Assembly (NCBI GenBank): GCA_029983925.1
Contig: JASBYO010000002.1
Span: 5,937-69,936, forward strand
DNA: 64,000 bases
Source of the DNA: Flexilinea sp.
GTDB taxonomy: Bacteria; Chloroflexota; Anaerolineae; Anaerolineales; Anaerolineaceae
Reading direction: 5' to 3'
The stretch's first letter is position 1. Every line of letters begins with the position of its first letter. Position numbers and translations under genes: made by a program. Under the pieces are notes generated by a model. That model saw only the letters and a program-made list of their open reading frames with translations, was not told where the DNA came from and did not search any database. Positions 44,110 through 53,943 of the stretch are shown piece after piece.

Positions 44110-45328
44110 AATAGACGTTATCGGCGTCGGCGTTGACGGCCGCGCCGGATTAAGCGCGGCGGCGCGGGAAGCGATCCTGAACGCGGATCAACTTTGGGGG
44201 ACGGAACGTTTCTTACGCGAGTGGGACGATTTCGGCGGAACGAGCGTCCCGTTTGAAAATCCGCTCAAAGCGCAGCTTCGGCGGCTCGCCGATCGCGGGA
44301 ACGCGCGAATCGCCATCCTCGCTTCCGGCGACCCCGGTTTCTTCGGGATCGCCGCGACGCTGCTGGAGATTCTCCCGGCGGAAGAGTTAGCGATTCATCC
44401 GAACGTTTCAAGCCTTCAAGCCGCTTTCGCCCGCGCCAAAATCCCCTGGCAGGAAGCCGTCTTTACCAGTCTCCACGCGCGCCCGTTCATGGAAGTCATC
44501 GGGCTGATCCGGCGCAGCGCGACGGTCGGGATGCTGACCGATCCGCGCGAACGCCCGAACCGAATCGCCGAACGGCTGCTCGAAGCCGGCGTTGCCGACT
44601 GTGAAGCGATCGTCTGCGAAAACCTGGGAACGGCCGGGGAAAAGCTGACGAAAGGAACGCTGGCGGAACTGACGAAGATAACGTTCGCGCCCCTGAACGT
44701 CATGATTCTGCGTCAGGGTCATGACTTTAAGCCGTACAGCGTCGGCGTCCCGCGCGACGATTCCGCCTATCTCCATCGCTCCGGCATGATTACCAAACGC
44801 GATATCCGCCTGCTCACGCTCGATCGGCTTTCGCTCCGGGCTGACGATACCGTCTGGGACATCGGCGCCGGAAGCGGCGCCCTATCGATCGAAATCGCCG
44901 AGCGCTCCTGGCGCGGGCGCGTTTACGCGATCGAAAAGGACCCGGCCGCGCTCGATCATCTCCGTCAAAACGTCGGCAATCACGGCGCGCTTAACGTCGA
45001 AATCGTCTCGGGCCGCGCGCCCGAAGCGCTCCTGCCGCTACCCGCGCCGACGGCCGTTTTTATCGGCGGAAGCGGCGGGGAACTCGAAGCGATTTTATCA
45101 ACCGTGTTCGAACGCGTTGAAGAACGCTGCCGCCTGGCCGCGAATTTCACGCTCCTCGAAAACCTCGTCCGGACGTTAAAGCTGCTGCGCGACCGCGGCC
45201 TCGAACCGCAGCTCAGCGCGGCCGGCTTTTCCTACGCGAAACGGATCGGATCGGGAACGCGTTTCGAACCGAACAATCCGATTTATATCCTTAGCTGCGA
45301 AATCGGAGGCGCGTCCCATGCGGCCTAA
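44096..45328 (+). CDS. cbiET: Cobalt-precorrin-6B/7 methyltransferase-decarboxylase fusion CbiE-CbiT
   Basis: N-terminus: IDVIGVGVDG...ILASGDPGFFGI (CbiE). C-terminus: MITKRDIRLLTL...VWDIGAGSGALSIE (CbiT). Confidence 0.85.
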   Translation: MNPNKIDVIGVGVDGRAGLSAAAREAILNADQLWGTERFLREWDDFGGTSVPFENPLKAQLRRLADRGNARIAILASGDPGFFGIAATLLEILPAEELAIHPNVSSLQAAFARAKIPWQEAVFTSLHARPFMEVIGLIRRSATVGMLTDPRERPNRIAERLLEAGVADCEAIVCENLGTAGEKLTKGTLAELTKITFAPLNVMILRQGHDFKPYSVGVPRDDSAYLHRSGMITKRDIRLLTLDRLSLRADDTVWDIGAGSGALSIEIAERSWRGRVYAIEKDPAALDHLRQNVGNHGALNVEIVSGRAPEALLPLPAPTAVFIGGSGGELEAILSTVFERVEERCRLAANFTLLENLVRTLKLLRDRGLEPQLSAAGFSYAKRIGSGTRFEPNNPIYILSCEIGGASHAA

Positions 45329-46040
45329 ACTGATTGCCGTCGGCGTCGGACCGGGCGCGCCGGACTTGCTGACGCTCCGGGCCGTTGAAAAAATCCGTTC
45401 GGCGCGAGCGATCGCGTATACGGCGAACCGGCGCGGCGAAAGTTACGCGCGAACGACAGCGTCGGGCTGGATCAGCCCGGAAGCGGTCGAAATCCCGCTG
45501 CCGTTCTCCATGTCCCCCGATCGGGCGGCGCGGCTCCAGGCGCGTCGGGAGGCGGCGCGGCGGATCCGGAGCGCGCTCGCGCTCTACGGAGAAATCGTTT
45601 TTCTTACTGAGGGCGACCCGCTCTTGTACAGCACCTGGCAGCACCTGCTGCCGGCAGTCGCGCGCAATTGTGAAATCGAGATTTGCCCCGGGATCAGCGC
45701 CATGAGCGCGGCCGCCTGCGCTTCTGAATTTCCGTTGGCGATCGAAGAGGAAACGCTTATCGTCGCCTCCGCCGCTTCGGCGCTGCCGCGGCTAAGCGAC
45801 TGGCTCGCGCAAGGGGAAACGGTCGTCCTTTACAAAGCCGCCAAAAGACTGGGCGAGATCAGCTCGATCCTCGACGCGGCCGAAACCCCGATCCGAGCCA
45901 TACTGGTCGAACGCTGTTCCGATTCGAGCCAGAGAATCCTGACGGATCCGAAAAGCTGGAACGACAGCGAACGCGCCTACTTTACGATCGTATTCCTGAA
46001 AGCGGAGCGGCCGGAAAAGGAGACAGCGCATGAAAATTAA
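45318..46040 (+). CDS. cbiL: Cobalt-precorrin-2 C20-methyltransferase
   Basis: KLIAVGVGPGAPDLLTLRA..., LTEGDPLLYSTW. Confidence 0.85.
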   Translation: MRPKLIAVGVGPGAPDLLTLRAVEKIRSARAIAYTANRRGESYARTTASGWISPEAVEIPLPFSMSPDRAARLQARREAARRIRSALALYGEIVFLTEGDPLLYSTWQHLLPAVARNCEIEICPGISAMSAAACASEFPLAIEEETLIVASAASALPRLSDWLAQGETVVLYKAAKRLGEISSILDAAETPIRAILVERCSDSSQRILTDPKSWNDSERAYFTIVFLKAERPEKETAHEN

Positions 46041-47418
46041 CCGAATTCTTATCGCCGCGCCCGCGAGCGGATCCGGAAAAAGCGTGCTCAGCGCCGGGAT
46101 CATGGCGCATTTTGCCGACGAGCTGCCGGTTCAAGGGTTTAAGATCGGTCCCGATTATATCGACCCGATGGTTCATGCCGCCGCGACCGGCCGTCCCGCG
46201 CGTAATTTGGACGGGTGGATGCTGAACGATTCGGCGAATCGGCGCATCTTTTTCGACGCGGCAAAATCGGCGGAATTATCCGTCGTCGAAGGCGTGATGG
46301 GCCTTTTCGACGGTTACGGCGCCGACCCGTTTAATGGCAGCACGGCGGCGGCGGCCATGCTGTTGGCCTGCCCTGTCGTTTTGGTTCTCGACTGCGCGAA
46401 GCTTTCGGGGACCGCCGCCGCGATCGTAAAAGGCCTTGATTCGTTCGATCCGCGGCTGCGGATTGCCGGAGTCATTTGCAACCGCGTCGGGAGCGCGAAT
46501 CACGCCGCCTGGCTTAAAGAAGTCATCGAACGGTACGCGAACGTCCCGGTACTCGGCTGCGTCCCCAAATCGGAAGCGCTCAAACTTCCCGAGCGGCATC
46601 TCGGACTCGTCACCGTCGTCGAAGATCCCGCCCGCGCGCAGCGATTCATCGCCGAAACCGCGTGTCTTCTGCGCAAATATCTCGATTTTACGCGCATGAT
46701 GGAAATCGCCGCCGCCGCGCCGGATTTTCCCGAACCGAAAGAGCGGACCGCGGAAAAAAGCGCGCCGGCCGTCCGAATCGGCGTAGCGGACGATCAAGCG
46801 TTTTGTTTCTATTATGCCGATAATCTGGACGCGCTGAGCCGCGCCGGCGCGGAAATCGTCCCGTTCAGCCCGCTGAGGGATCGCCGCCTTCCCGACAGGA
46901 TGGACGGTCTCTATTTCGGCGGCGGTTATCCCGAACTATACGCGAAACGCTTAGCCGCGAATCAGCCGCTCCTGAACGAAATCCGCGCGCTGCGTCGGAA
47001 AGACCTGCCGATATACGGCGAATGCGGCGGGTTGGTTTACCTGAGCGAAGGGCTGGAGACGGCCGACGCCTTTTATCCGCTGGCGGGCGTCGTCCCCGGC
47101 CGCTGCCGGATGAGCGCCCGGCGCGCGATGGGTTACCGAACGGTACGCGTTTTAAAAAGCAATCTGCTGTGCGAAGCCGGCCGGACGCTGCGCGGCCACG
47201 AGTTCCATTATTCCGAATGGGAGCGCGGGAACGGAAACGCCGCGCCGGCCTATGAGATCCGACCGCGCAGCGATAACGCGCCGCCGGGAACGGACGGCTG
47301 GACGGACGGGAATCTGTTAGCCGCGTATATCCATCTGCACTTCGCGCAAAATCCGCAGCTTGCCAAAAATTTTGTACAAACTTGTTTGAAATGGAGTCAA
47401 AAGAAAAACGAATTATGA
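46030..47418 (+). CDS. cbiA: Cobyrinate a,c-diamide synthase
   Basis: ILIAAPASGSGKS, GPDYIDP, GVMGLFDG, and the C-terminal glutamine amidotransferase motif YGECGG. Confidence 0.9.
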   Translation: MKINRILIAAPASGSGKSVLSAGIMAHFADELPVQGFKIGPDYIDPMVHAAATGRPARNLDGWMLNDSANRRIFFDAAKSAELSVVEGVMGLFDGYGADPFNGSTAAAAMLLACPVVLVLDCAKLSGTAAAIVKGLDSFDPRLRIAGVICNRVGSANHAAWLKEVIERYANVPVLGCVPKSEALKLPERHLGLVTVVEDPARAQRFIAETACLLRKYLDFTRMMEIAAAAPDFPEPKERTAEKSAPAVRIGVADDQAFCFYYADNLDALSRAGAEIVPFSPLRDRRLPDRMDGLYFGGGYPELYAKRLAANQPLLNEIRALRRKDLPIYGECGGLVYLSEGLETADAFYPLAGVVPGRCRMSARRAMGYRTVRVLKSNLLCEAGRTLRGHEFHYSEWERGNGNAAPAYEIRPRSDNAPPGTDGWTDGNLLAAYIHLHFAQNPQLAKNFVQTCLKWSQKKNEL

Positions 47419-48569
47419 AACGAACCGCTTATACAATCCGATTTATCCTGGCGATCCTTTTTTCGGCGCTGATCTTCTCCGCGCGGCCCGCCGCCGCGCA
47501 AACCGAAACCACGGCCGAAATCAAGTACGCGAAAGCGTTCACGATCGAGAACCGCGACGGCTATAAAATTTTAACGGTCGTCCGCCCATGGCGAAATGCG
47601 GACCGGGAATTCCAATACCTGATCGTTCCGAAAGGGAAGCCTATCCCGGACGGATATCTAAACGCGCAGATCATCCAGGTTCCGATCGAAAAAATCGCCG
47701 TTTTGGCCGCGACCCATTTCGCTTATCTGAACCGATTGGGAATGAACGAAAAACTGATCGCCGTCGCCAACCCGGAATATATCTATTCCGAACAGGTTCA
47801 TAACGGCGTAGACAGCGGAACGATCGCCGCCGTCGGGAACGGCCCGGATATCAATTTGGAAAAACTGCTCAGCGCCGAACCCGAACTGACGACGACGTTC
47901 GCGATGGGGAAATCGACGAAAGACGATTATCAGCAGCTGATTGACAAAGGCATCCCGACCGTGGTTTTCTCGGATTATATGGAAGAATCGCCGTTAGGAA
48001 GAGCGGAATGGCTTAAGGTCATGGCGCTTTTCTTCGGACAGGAAGAAGAAGCCGATCGAATTTTCGCCGATATCGAACGCCGCTACACCGAATTAGTCGA
48101 ACTGACGCGCGATTTGGACAAAAAACCGAAAGTCCTGATGGGGTTCCACATGAACGGGAAATGGAACGTTCCGGGCGGGAAGAGCGTCCAGGCGGCGTAC
48201 GTCCGCGACGCCGGCGGCGATTACCTTTGGGCGGACGACGAAACGTCGGGGCGGTTCCCGCTCAGTTTCGAAGCCGTCTTAGAAAAAGGCGCGTCCGCCG
48301 ATTTCTGGTTCGACCTCTCGCTGTCCTGGACCGGAATTGACGACCTGATAAATTCGGATCCGCGTTACGCGTCGATTCAGGCGTACGCTGACCGACGCGT
48401 CTTCAACAACAACCTGCAGCTCAGCCCATGGGGTGCGAACGCGTTCAACGAAACCGGACTCGTCAACCCCGACATTGTCCTCTCCGACCTGATCCGCCTG
48501 ATGCATCCGGACCTGCTCCCCGATCACGAACCGGTTTACTATCGCAATTTGAGCGCCGATGGCTTCTAA
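47415..48569 (+). CDS. Cluster-A periplasmic binding protein (BtuF/FecB-like; corrinoid or siderophore uptake)
   Basis: ATGA overlap with the cbiA stop. Signal peptide FILAILFSALIFSARPAAAQ. Followed by FecCD permease and ATPase genes. Confidence 0.8.
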   Translation: MKRTAYTIRFILAILFSALIFSARPAAAQTETTAEIKYAKAFTIENRDGYKILTVVRPWRNADREFQYLIVPKGKPIPDGYLNAQIIQVPIEKIAVLAATHFAYLNRLGMNEKLIAVANPEYIYSEQVHNGVDSGTIAAVGNGPDINLEKLLSAEPELTTTFAMGKSTKDDYQQLIDKGIPTVVFSDYMEESPLGRAEWLKVMALFFGQEEEADRIFADIERRYTELVELTRDLDKKPKVLMGFHMNGKWNVPGGKSVQAAYVRDAGGDYLWADDETSGRFPLSFEAVLEKGASADFWFDLSLSWTGIDDLINSDPRYASIQAYADRRVFNNNLQLSPWGANAFNETGLVNPDIVLSDLIRLMHPDLLPDHEPVYYRNLSADGF

Positions 48570-49629
48570 TCGGGACGATTCTCGATCTTTGCAGTATCCG
48601 CGCCGATGGGTTTGGATCGTACTGGGCGCCGCGTTGGTCCTCTGTTGGCTCGCCGATTTATTCCTCGGCTCGGTTCGAATCCCTTTCCAGGACGTCATCC
48701 GGGCGCTGAGCGGCGCAGAAGGGCTGTCGAATAATTGGGGCGTGATTATCCGGGATTACCGCCTGCCGAAATCGATCGCCGCGATGTTTTCCGGCGCGGC
48801 GCTTTCCGTCGCCGGGCTGCAGATGCAAACACTGTTCCGAAACTCGTTGGCCGATCCGTTTATCTTGGGAATTTCGTCCGGCGGGAACCTCGGCGCGGCG
48901 ATCGTAATCCTCGTCGGCGCGGGCGGAAGCTTCCAATTTCTCGGGAAATTCAGCGCCATCGGGAACCTCAACCTGATTGCGGCGGCGTCTCTCGGCGCGT
49001 CCGCCGTTTTTATCCTCGTGATGACGCTTTCGCGACGCGTCCACGCCACAACGCTCCTGATCACCGGCGTTCTCGTCAGCTACATCGTGAACGCTTTCGT
49101 ACGCGTCCTCGTTCAGTACGCCTCGCCCGACGCGGTTCAAGCGTATCTGTCCTGGACGTTCGGAAGCTTCGCCGGCGTGACCCGAGAGCGGCTGACCGTT
49201 TTTGTCCCGGTCGTCAGTCTTGCGCTGCTGCTGTCGGCGCTGACGATCAAACCGCTCAACGCGCTCCTCTTAGGCGAACTCCACGCGCGCAGCGTCGGCA
49301 TCGATCCGAGCCGGTCCCGGCGGCTGATCATCCTTGTCGCGTCGATTTTAACCGGCGCCGTTACCGCTTACTGCGGGATTATCGGATTCATCGGTATCGC
49401 CGTTCCGCACCTCTGCCGCAGTCTTTTCGCGGATTCGGATCACATGGTTCTGTTGCCGGGTTGTATTCTCGTCGGCGCTTGCGTCGCGCTGATCGCGGAC
49501 ATGATTTCACAAGTTTTCGGCGGCGCTTTCCTGCTGCCGCTGAACAGCGTTACCGCCCTGATCGGCGGACCGGTGATCCTGTTCGTGATCCTGAAAAAAC
49601 GGAACCTCAGCCGGGAATTCGACGCATGA
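48559..49629 (+). CDS. FecCD-family ABC permease (BtuC-like)
   Basis: Polytopic. Contains the typical ADPFILGISSG and GIIGFIGIAVPHL motifs. Confidence 0.9.
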   Translation: MASNRDDSRSLQYPRRWVWIVLGAALVLCWLADLFLGSVRIPFQDVIRALSGAEGLSNNWGVIIRDYRLPKSIAAMFSGAALSVAGLQMQTLFRNSLADPFILGISSGGNLGAAIVILVGAGGSFQFLGKFSAIGNLNLIAAASLGASAVFILVMTLSRRVHATTLLITGVLVSYIVNAFVRVLVQYASPDAVQAYLSWTFGSFAGVTRERLTVFVPVVSLALLLSALTIKPLNALLLGELHARSVGIDPSRSRRLIILVASILTGAVTAYCGIIGFIGIAVPHLCRSLFADSDHMVLLPGCILVGACVALIADMISQVFGGAFLLPLNSVTALIGGPVILFVILKKRNLSREFDA

Positions 49630-50396
49630 ACGGCGCCGCGCTCAACACGACCGACCTAAGCGTCGGATATCACGGACGGAAGCGGACCGCGCTGCTGCGC
49701 GGACTGAACCTGAACTTGCGGCCGCGCCGCCTGACCTGCCTGATCGGGCAGAACGGCGTCGGGAAATCGACGCTGATCCGAACGCTGGCCGGATTACAGA
49801 AGCCGGTCGGCGGCGCCGTTTCGATTCACGGCGCGGACTTGGAACTCGTTCCGCCGGCGGAGCGCGCTCGTCTGGTCAGTATCGTTTTACCCGGCGCGGA
49901 TCACTACGGCAATTTAAAATGCGAACAAATCGTTCAGCTCGGCCGGCTCCCATACGCAAACTGGCTCGGACAATTGAGCCTGCATGACCGTAAAATCGCC
50001 GCGGATTCCTTAGAGAAAATCGGCGCGTCCGCCTTCGTCGGACGCCGGTTCGCCGAACTCAGCGACGGCGAACGTCAAAAAATTCTTGTCGCCCGCGCGT
50101 TGGCGCAGCAGACGCCGATCCTGATCCTCGACGAGCCGACGGCGTTTCTGGATTGGACGAACCGGCTCGAAATGCTGATATTATTAAAAGAAATCGCCTT
50201 CAGGGAGGAAAAATCGATTCTGCTCTCGTCGCATGATCTTGATTTAGTTATGCGCTTCGCGGACGATCTCTGGGTTATCGACGACGATCGCGCCGTTTTC
50301 AGCGGAACGAAAACGGAGGTCCTCGAAAGCGGCGTCCTGAAAAACGCGTTTTCAGGAAAATATCTGCGCTATCTTGAAGATAGCCGGGCAAGTTGA
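49626..50396 (+). CDS. ABC ATPase (BtuD/FepC-like)
   Basis: ATGA overlap with the permease stop. Walker A GQNGVGKST, signature LSDGERQK, Walker B ILILDEPTAFLD. The upstream part of the 553-aa track ORF is an out-of-frame overlap. Confidence 0.9.
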   Translation: MNGAALNTTDLSVGYHGRKRTALLRGLNLNLRPRRLTCLIGQNGVGKSTLIRTLAGLQKPVGGAVSIHGADLELVPPAERARLVSIVLPGADHYGNLKCEQIVQLGRLPYANWLGQLSLHDRKIAADSLEKIGASAFVGRRFAELSDGERQKILVARALAQQTPILILDEPTAFLDWTNRLEMLILLKEIAFREEKSILLSSHDLDLVMRFADDLWVIDDDRAVFSGTKTEVLESGVLKNAFSGKYLRYLEDSRAS

Positions 50397-50432
50397 TCGC
50401 GGCCAATACGCGAAGCGAAAGGATGGATAGGA

Positions 50433-51908
50433 ATGAAAAACGGCGTCATGCTCCAGGCGTTTGAATGGAACACGGAAGGCGGCGGGACGTTTTACCGGCG
50501 GATCGGCGAGAAAGCCGCCCGTCTCGCCGAAGCCGGGATCACGGCTCTCTGGCTCCCGCCGGCCTTTAAGGGTCAAACCTCTCTCGACGTCGGTTATGGA
50601 ACCTACGATCTTTACGATCTCGGCGAATTTAATCAGAAGGAAGAAACCCGAACGAAATACGGAACGAAACAGGAATACCTCGACTGCATCCGAATATTGA
50701 AAGATCATGGCCTGGAAGTTTACGCCGACGTCGTCCTGAACCATAAAGCCGGCGCGGACGGGAAAGAGCTCTTCAAAGTCGTCGAAGTCAACCCCATGAA
50801 CCGCAGCGAAGAAATCAGAGGGCCGTTCGACATCGAGGGTTGGACAAAGTTTACGTTTCCCGGGCGCGGGACCCGCTATTCCGATTTCCAATGGAACTTC
50901 AATCATTTCAGCGGCGTCGATTACGACGATCTCGCGAAGCGCAACGGGATTTTCAAAATCCTCGGAGATAATAAAGACTGGTCGAAGGACGTATCCGGCG
51001 AAATGGGAAATTTCGATTACCTGATGTTCGCGGACGTCAACACGGAACACCCCGACGTCCGCGACGAGCTGAAACGCTGGAGCGACTGGTATATCGCCGA
51101 AACCGGCGTCGACGGGTTCCGGATGGACGCCGTCAAGCATATCAGCGCTGATTTCATGCGCGATTTCGTCAATTACGTCAAAAGCCGCCAGGGCGATCAA
51201 TTCTATTTCGTCGGCGAATACTGGAAAACCGACGACAGCGAAACCGACCGTTACCTTTATCAAACCGACTACGACATCGATATTTTCGACGTCAAGCTAC
51301 ATTTTCACCTGATGGAAGCCAGCCAGCGCGGCGCTGATTACGACCTGCGCCGGATTTTCGACAATACCGTCGTTCAGGAACATCCCGGATTGGCCGTCAC
51401 TTTCGTCGATAATCACGACAGCCAACCGGGTCAATCGCTCGAATCCTGGGTCGGCGAATGGTTCAAGCCGTTGGCATACGCGTTGATCCTGCTGCGGAAA
51501 GACGGTTATCCCTGCGTTTTCGCCGGCGATTATTGGGGAATTAACGGCGATCCGAACCGTCCCGGATTTCAGGCCGAGATCGAAAAACTGATCCGAATCC
51601 GCCGCCATTTCGTTTTCGGAGATCAGGAAGAACGCTTCGACGATCCGAACCTGATCGGCTGGATTCATCACGGGACGGAAGACAACCCCGGAAAACTGGC
51701 GACGCTGATCTGCACGGCCGACGAAGATCGGACGATGCGCATTGAACTGGGCGCTGATTGGGCGGGAAAGAAGTTCGCCGATTTCAGCGGCAACCGGGAC
51801 GACAAAATCATCCTCGATGAAAACGGCGGCGGCGATTTCCCGGTCTCCGCCCGCTCGTACAGCGCCTGGGCGGAAGACGGCCACCCGCTGCAGCTGCGGG
51901 ATGAATAA
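50433..51908 (+). CDS. Cytoplasmic GH13 alpha-amylase (Bacillus liquefying-amylase type)
   Basis: GVMLQAFEWN, GITALWLPPA, YGTYDLYDLGEF, DVVLNHK, GFRMDAVKHI, EYW and FVDNHD conserved regions. No signal peptide. Confidence 0.9.
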   Translation: MKNGVMLQAFEWNTEGGGTFYRRIGEKAARLAEAGITALWLPPAFKGQTSLDVGYGTYDLYDLGEFNQKEETRTKYGTKQEYLDCIRILKDHGLEVYADVVLNHKAGADGKELFKVVEVNPMNRSEEIRGPFDIEGWTKFTFPGRGTRYSDFQWNFNHFSGVDYDDLAKRNGIFKILGDNKDWSKDVSGEMGNFDYLMFADVNTEHPDVRDELKRWSDWYIAETGVDGFRMDAVKHISADFMRDFVNYVKSRQGDQFYFVGEYWKTDDSETDRYLYQTDYDIDIFDVKLHFHLMEASQRGADYDLRRIFDNTVVQEHPGLAVTFVDNHDSQPGQSLESWVGEWFKPLAYALILLRKDGYPCVFAGDYWGINGDPNRPGFQAEIEKLIRIRRHFVFGDQEERFDDPNLIGWIHHGTEDNPGKLATLICTADEDRTMRIELGADWAGKKFADFSGNRDDKIILDENGGGDFPVSARSYSAWAEDGHPLQLRDE

Positions 51909-51963
51909 GGACATCCGATCCGCAAGCGAATCCGTATTCCGGAATTGACGCGAGTTATTTTAG

Positions 51964-51994
51964 CCGTTCGAAAATTTCGAACGGACGTTTTTTT
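51964..51994 (+). terminator. Rho-independent terminator after the amylase gene
   Basis: Palindrome CCGTTCGAAA-A-TTTCGAACGG, followed by ACGTTTTTTT. Confidence 0.75.
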
Positions 51995-52048
51995 GCCGTC
52001 AGCGGCCGAAATTCGGAGAAAATCGGAAGTTTACGCGGTAAATCCGAT

Positions 52049-52372
52049 ATGAAAGATTATATCGAGCTGAATAAAGCCAGATGGAACAATGCCGCCGGGG
52101 AAAAAGGAAATCCCTATACGGTTCCGACAGATCATGACGAGATAACCGAAGCCGAGCGCAAACCGATTGCGGGATCGCTTACAGTCGGAGAAACGGTCCC
52201 GGCCGAATGATTTGACAAAGCCGAAGGAAACAAAATATTAGGATTAGCTTGCGGAGGCGGTCAGTTAAAAGCCGGATTTGTTATGATTGACTTTTATGAA
52301 TCGCATGATCCTCGCAACAGACTTACAAAATTCGGCAAAAATTATATCGCTAATCTTTGCGCGAAGTTATAA
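52049..52372 (+). pseudogene. Class I SAM-dependent methyltransferase pseudogene (in-frame TGA plus large internal deletion)
   Basis: MKDYIELNKARWNNAA...VGETVPAE-TGA(52208-52210)-FDKAEGNKILGLACGGGQ, joined directly to a C-terminal-like LKAGFVMIDFYESHD...YIANLCAKL. Only 107 codons, versus ~240 expected for this family. Confidence 0.55.
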
Positions 52373-52534
52373 GAATAATCAAGCGGAATCGTTTCAAATT
52401 TGACGCTCAGGCCGACCGCCCGATACGATCGCAGGAATCATCCGAAAAATTTTACTCGTCAAAATCTGTCTAAACTTTTATCCGTTCTGATTCGTAAAAC
52501 CGCGCGGAATCGAGTAAAATAAAATCAGTCTAAG

Positions 52535-52552
52535 TTGAGAATTATTTCACAC
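52535..52552. promoter_or_regulatory. Candidate Rex (redox repressor) operator upstream of NADH oxidase
   Basis: TTGAGAATTATTTCACAC versus consensus TTGTGAA-N4-TTCACAA (2 mismatches in 14 specified positions), 22 nt upstream of the nox ATG. Confidence 0.4.
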
Positions 52553-52573
52553 AGAGATTCATCGGAGGAAGCA

Positions 52574-53911
52574 ATGAGCAAAATTATCGTCGTCGGCGCG
52601 AATCACGCCGGTACAGCCGCGATTAATACGATCCTGGATCAATATCCCGAAAACGAAGTCGTCGTTTACGACCGCAACAGCAATATCAGTTTTTTAGGCT
52701 GCGGCATGGCGCTCTGGATCGGCAAGCAGATTCCGGACGGAGACGGACTGTTTTATTGCAGCAAGGACGTTTTCGAAAGCAAGGGCGCGAAAGTCTTCAT
52801 GGAAACCGAAGTTACCGCGATCGATTTCGATAAAAAGACGCTGACGGTAAAATCCGGCGCGAAGGAATGGCAGGATACATACGACAAGCTCATCCTCGCG
52901 ACCGGATCCAAACCGATTTTTCTTCCCGTTCCCGGCGCGGATCTCAAGAACATCCAATTCGTCAAGCTTTATCAGAACGCGAAAGAAGTCGTCGAAAAAC
53001 TCGAAAGCGATTCGTCCTTTAAATCGATCGCGGTCGTCGGCGCCGGGTATATCGGCGTCGAACTCGCCGAAGCTTTCCGGCGGATCGGAAAAGATGTCGC
53101 GCTGATCGATTTGGTTCCGACCGTTCTCGGCCAATATTACGACGCGCCGTTCCGCGACTTAATGGCTCGGAACCTGGAAGATCACGGCATCCGCCTGGCG
53201 CTTGGCGAAAAAGTCCTCTCGTTCACCGGGAAAGACGGAAAAGTCAGCGGCGTCGTAACCGACAAGCGTGAAATCGCCGCCGATATGGTAATTCAGTGCG
53301 TCGGGTTCAAACCGAACGCGCCTTTCGAAAACCCGAAATTAACGCGCCATGCCAGCGGAGCTTACCTCGTCGATAAGCGTCAGCAGACCTCGATTCCGGA
53401 CGTTTACGCGATCGGCGACTGCGCCACCGTTTTCGATACCGCGACGCGGAAAGACCAATACATCGCGCTTGCGACCAACGCCGTCCGCAGCGGGATCGTC
53501 GCTGCACACAACGCCGCCGGGACCGCGCTCGAACATATCGGCGTGCAAGGTTCGAACGGCATTAATATCTATAACCTGAAGATGGTCTCGACCGGGCTGA
53601 CCGTCGAACGCGCCTCCGCGCTGGGGATCCCGGTGGATTTCAGCGAATACGAAGACACCCAGAAACCGGCGTTTATACAAAGCGAAAACCCGCCGGTCAA
53701 GCTGCGCATCGTTTACCGGAAAGACACGCGCGAGATTATCGGCGCGCAGATGGCGTCCGAATACGATATGCACATGGGCATCCACATGTTCTCGCTGGCG
53801 ATTGAAGAACGCGTCACGATCGACAAGCTGAAGCTGATGGATATCTTTTTCCTTCCGCATTTCAACCAGCCGTACAATTACATCACCATGGCGGCGCTTT
53901 CCGCGAAGTAA
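52574..53911 (+). CDS. nox: NADH oxidase (pyridine nucleotide-disulfide oxidoreductase, Nox/CoADR family)
   Basis: [16 protein letters not shown], redox Cys in [10 protein letters not shown], second Rossmann fold [13 protein letters not shown], and GDCA. GGAGGA RBS. Confidence 0.9.
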   Translation: MSKIIVVGANHAGTAAINTILDQYPENEVVVYDRNSNISFLGCGMALWIGKQIPDGDGLFYCSKDVFESKGAKVFMETEVTAIDFDKKTLTVKSGAKEWQDTYDKLILATGSKPIFLPVPGADLKNIQFVKLYQNAKEVVEKLESDSSFKSIAVVGAGYIGVELAEAFRRIGKDVALIDLVPTVLGQYYDAPFRDLMARNLEDHGIRLALGEKVLSFTGKDGKVSGVVTDKREIAADMVIQCVGFKPNAPFENPKLTRHASGAYLVDKRQQTSIPDVYAIGDCATVFDTATRKDQYIALATNAVRSGIVAAHNAAGTALEHIGVQGSNGINIYNLKMVSTGLTVERASALGIPVDFSEYEDTQKPAFIQSENPPVKLRIVYRKDTREIIGAQMASEYDMHMGIHMFSLAIEERVTIDKLKLMDIFFLPHFNQPYNYITMAALSAK

Positions 53912-53943
53912 TTCGGATAAACAATCAAGAGGAGGTTTCGGAC

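Noticed and set aside
48735-49625. N-terminal 297 codons of the 553-aa track ORF 48735-50396
   Set aside because: This part is an alternative frame of the FecCD permease gene (Arg/Pro-rich nonsense). The real ATPase starts at the ATG at 49626, overlapping the permease stop.
52208-52210. TGA read as Trp (genetic code 4/25-like recoding), suggested by a TGA at a conserved Trp position
   Set aside because: TGA clearly functions as a stop in neighbouring intact genes (for example the cbiQ, cbiA and permease ATGA overlaps). The same relic also carries a large deletion, so a nonsense mutation is the simpler explanation.
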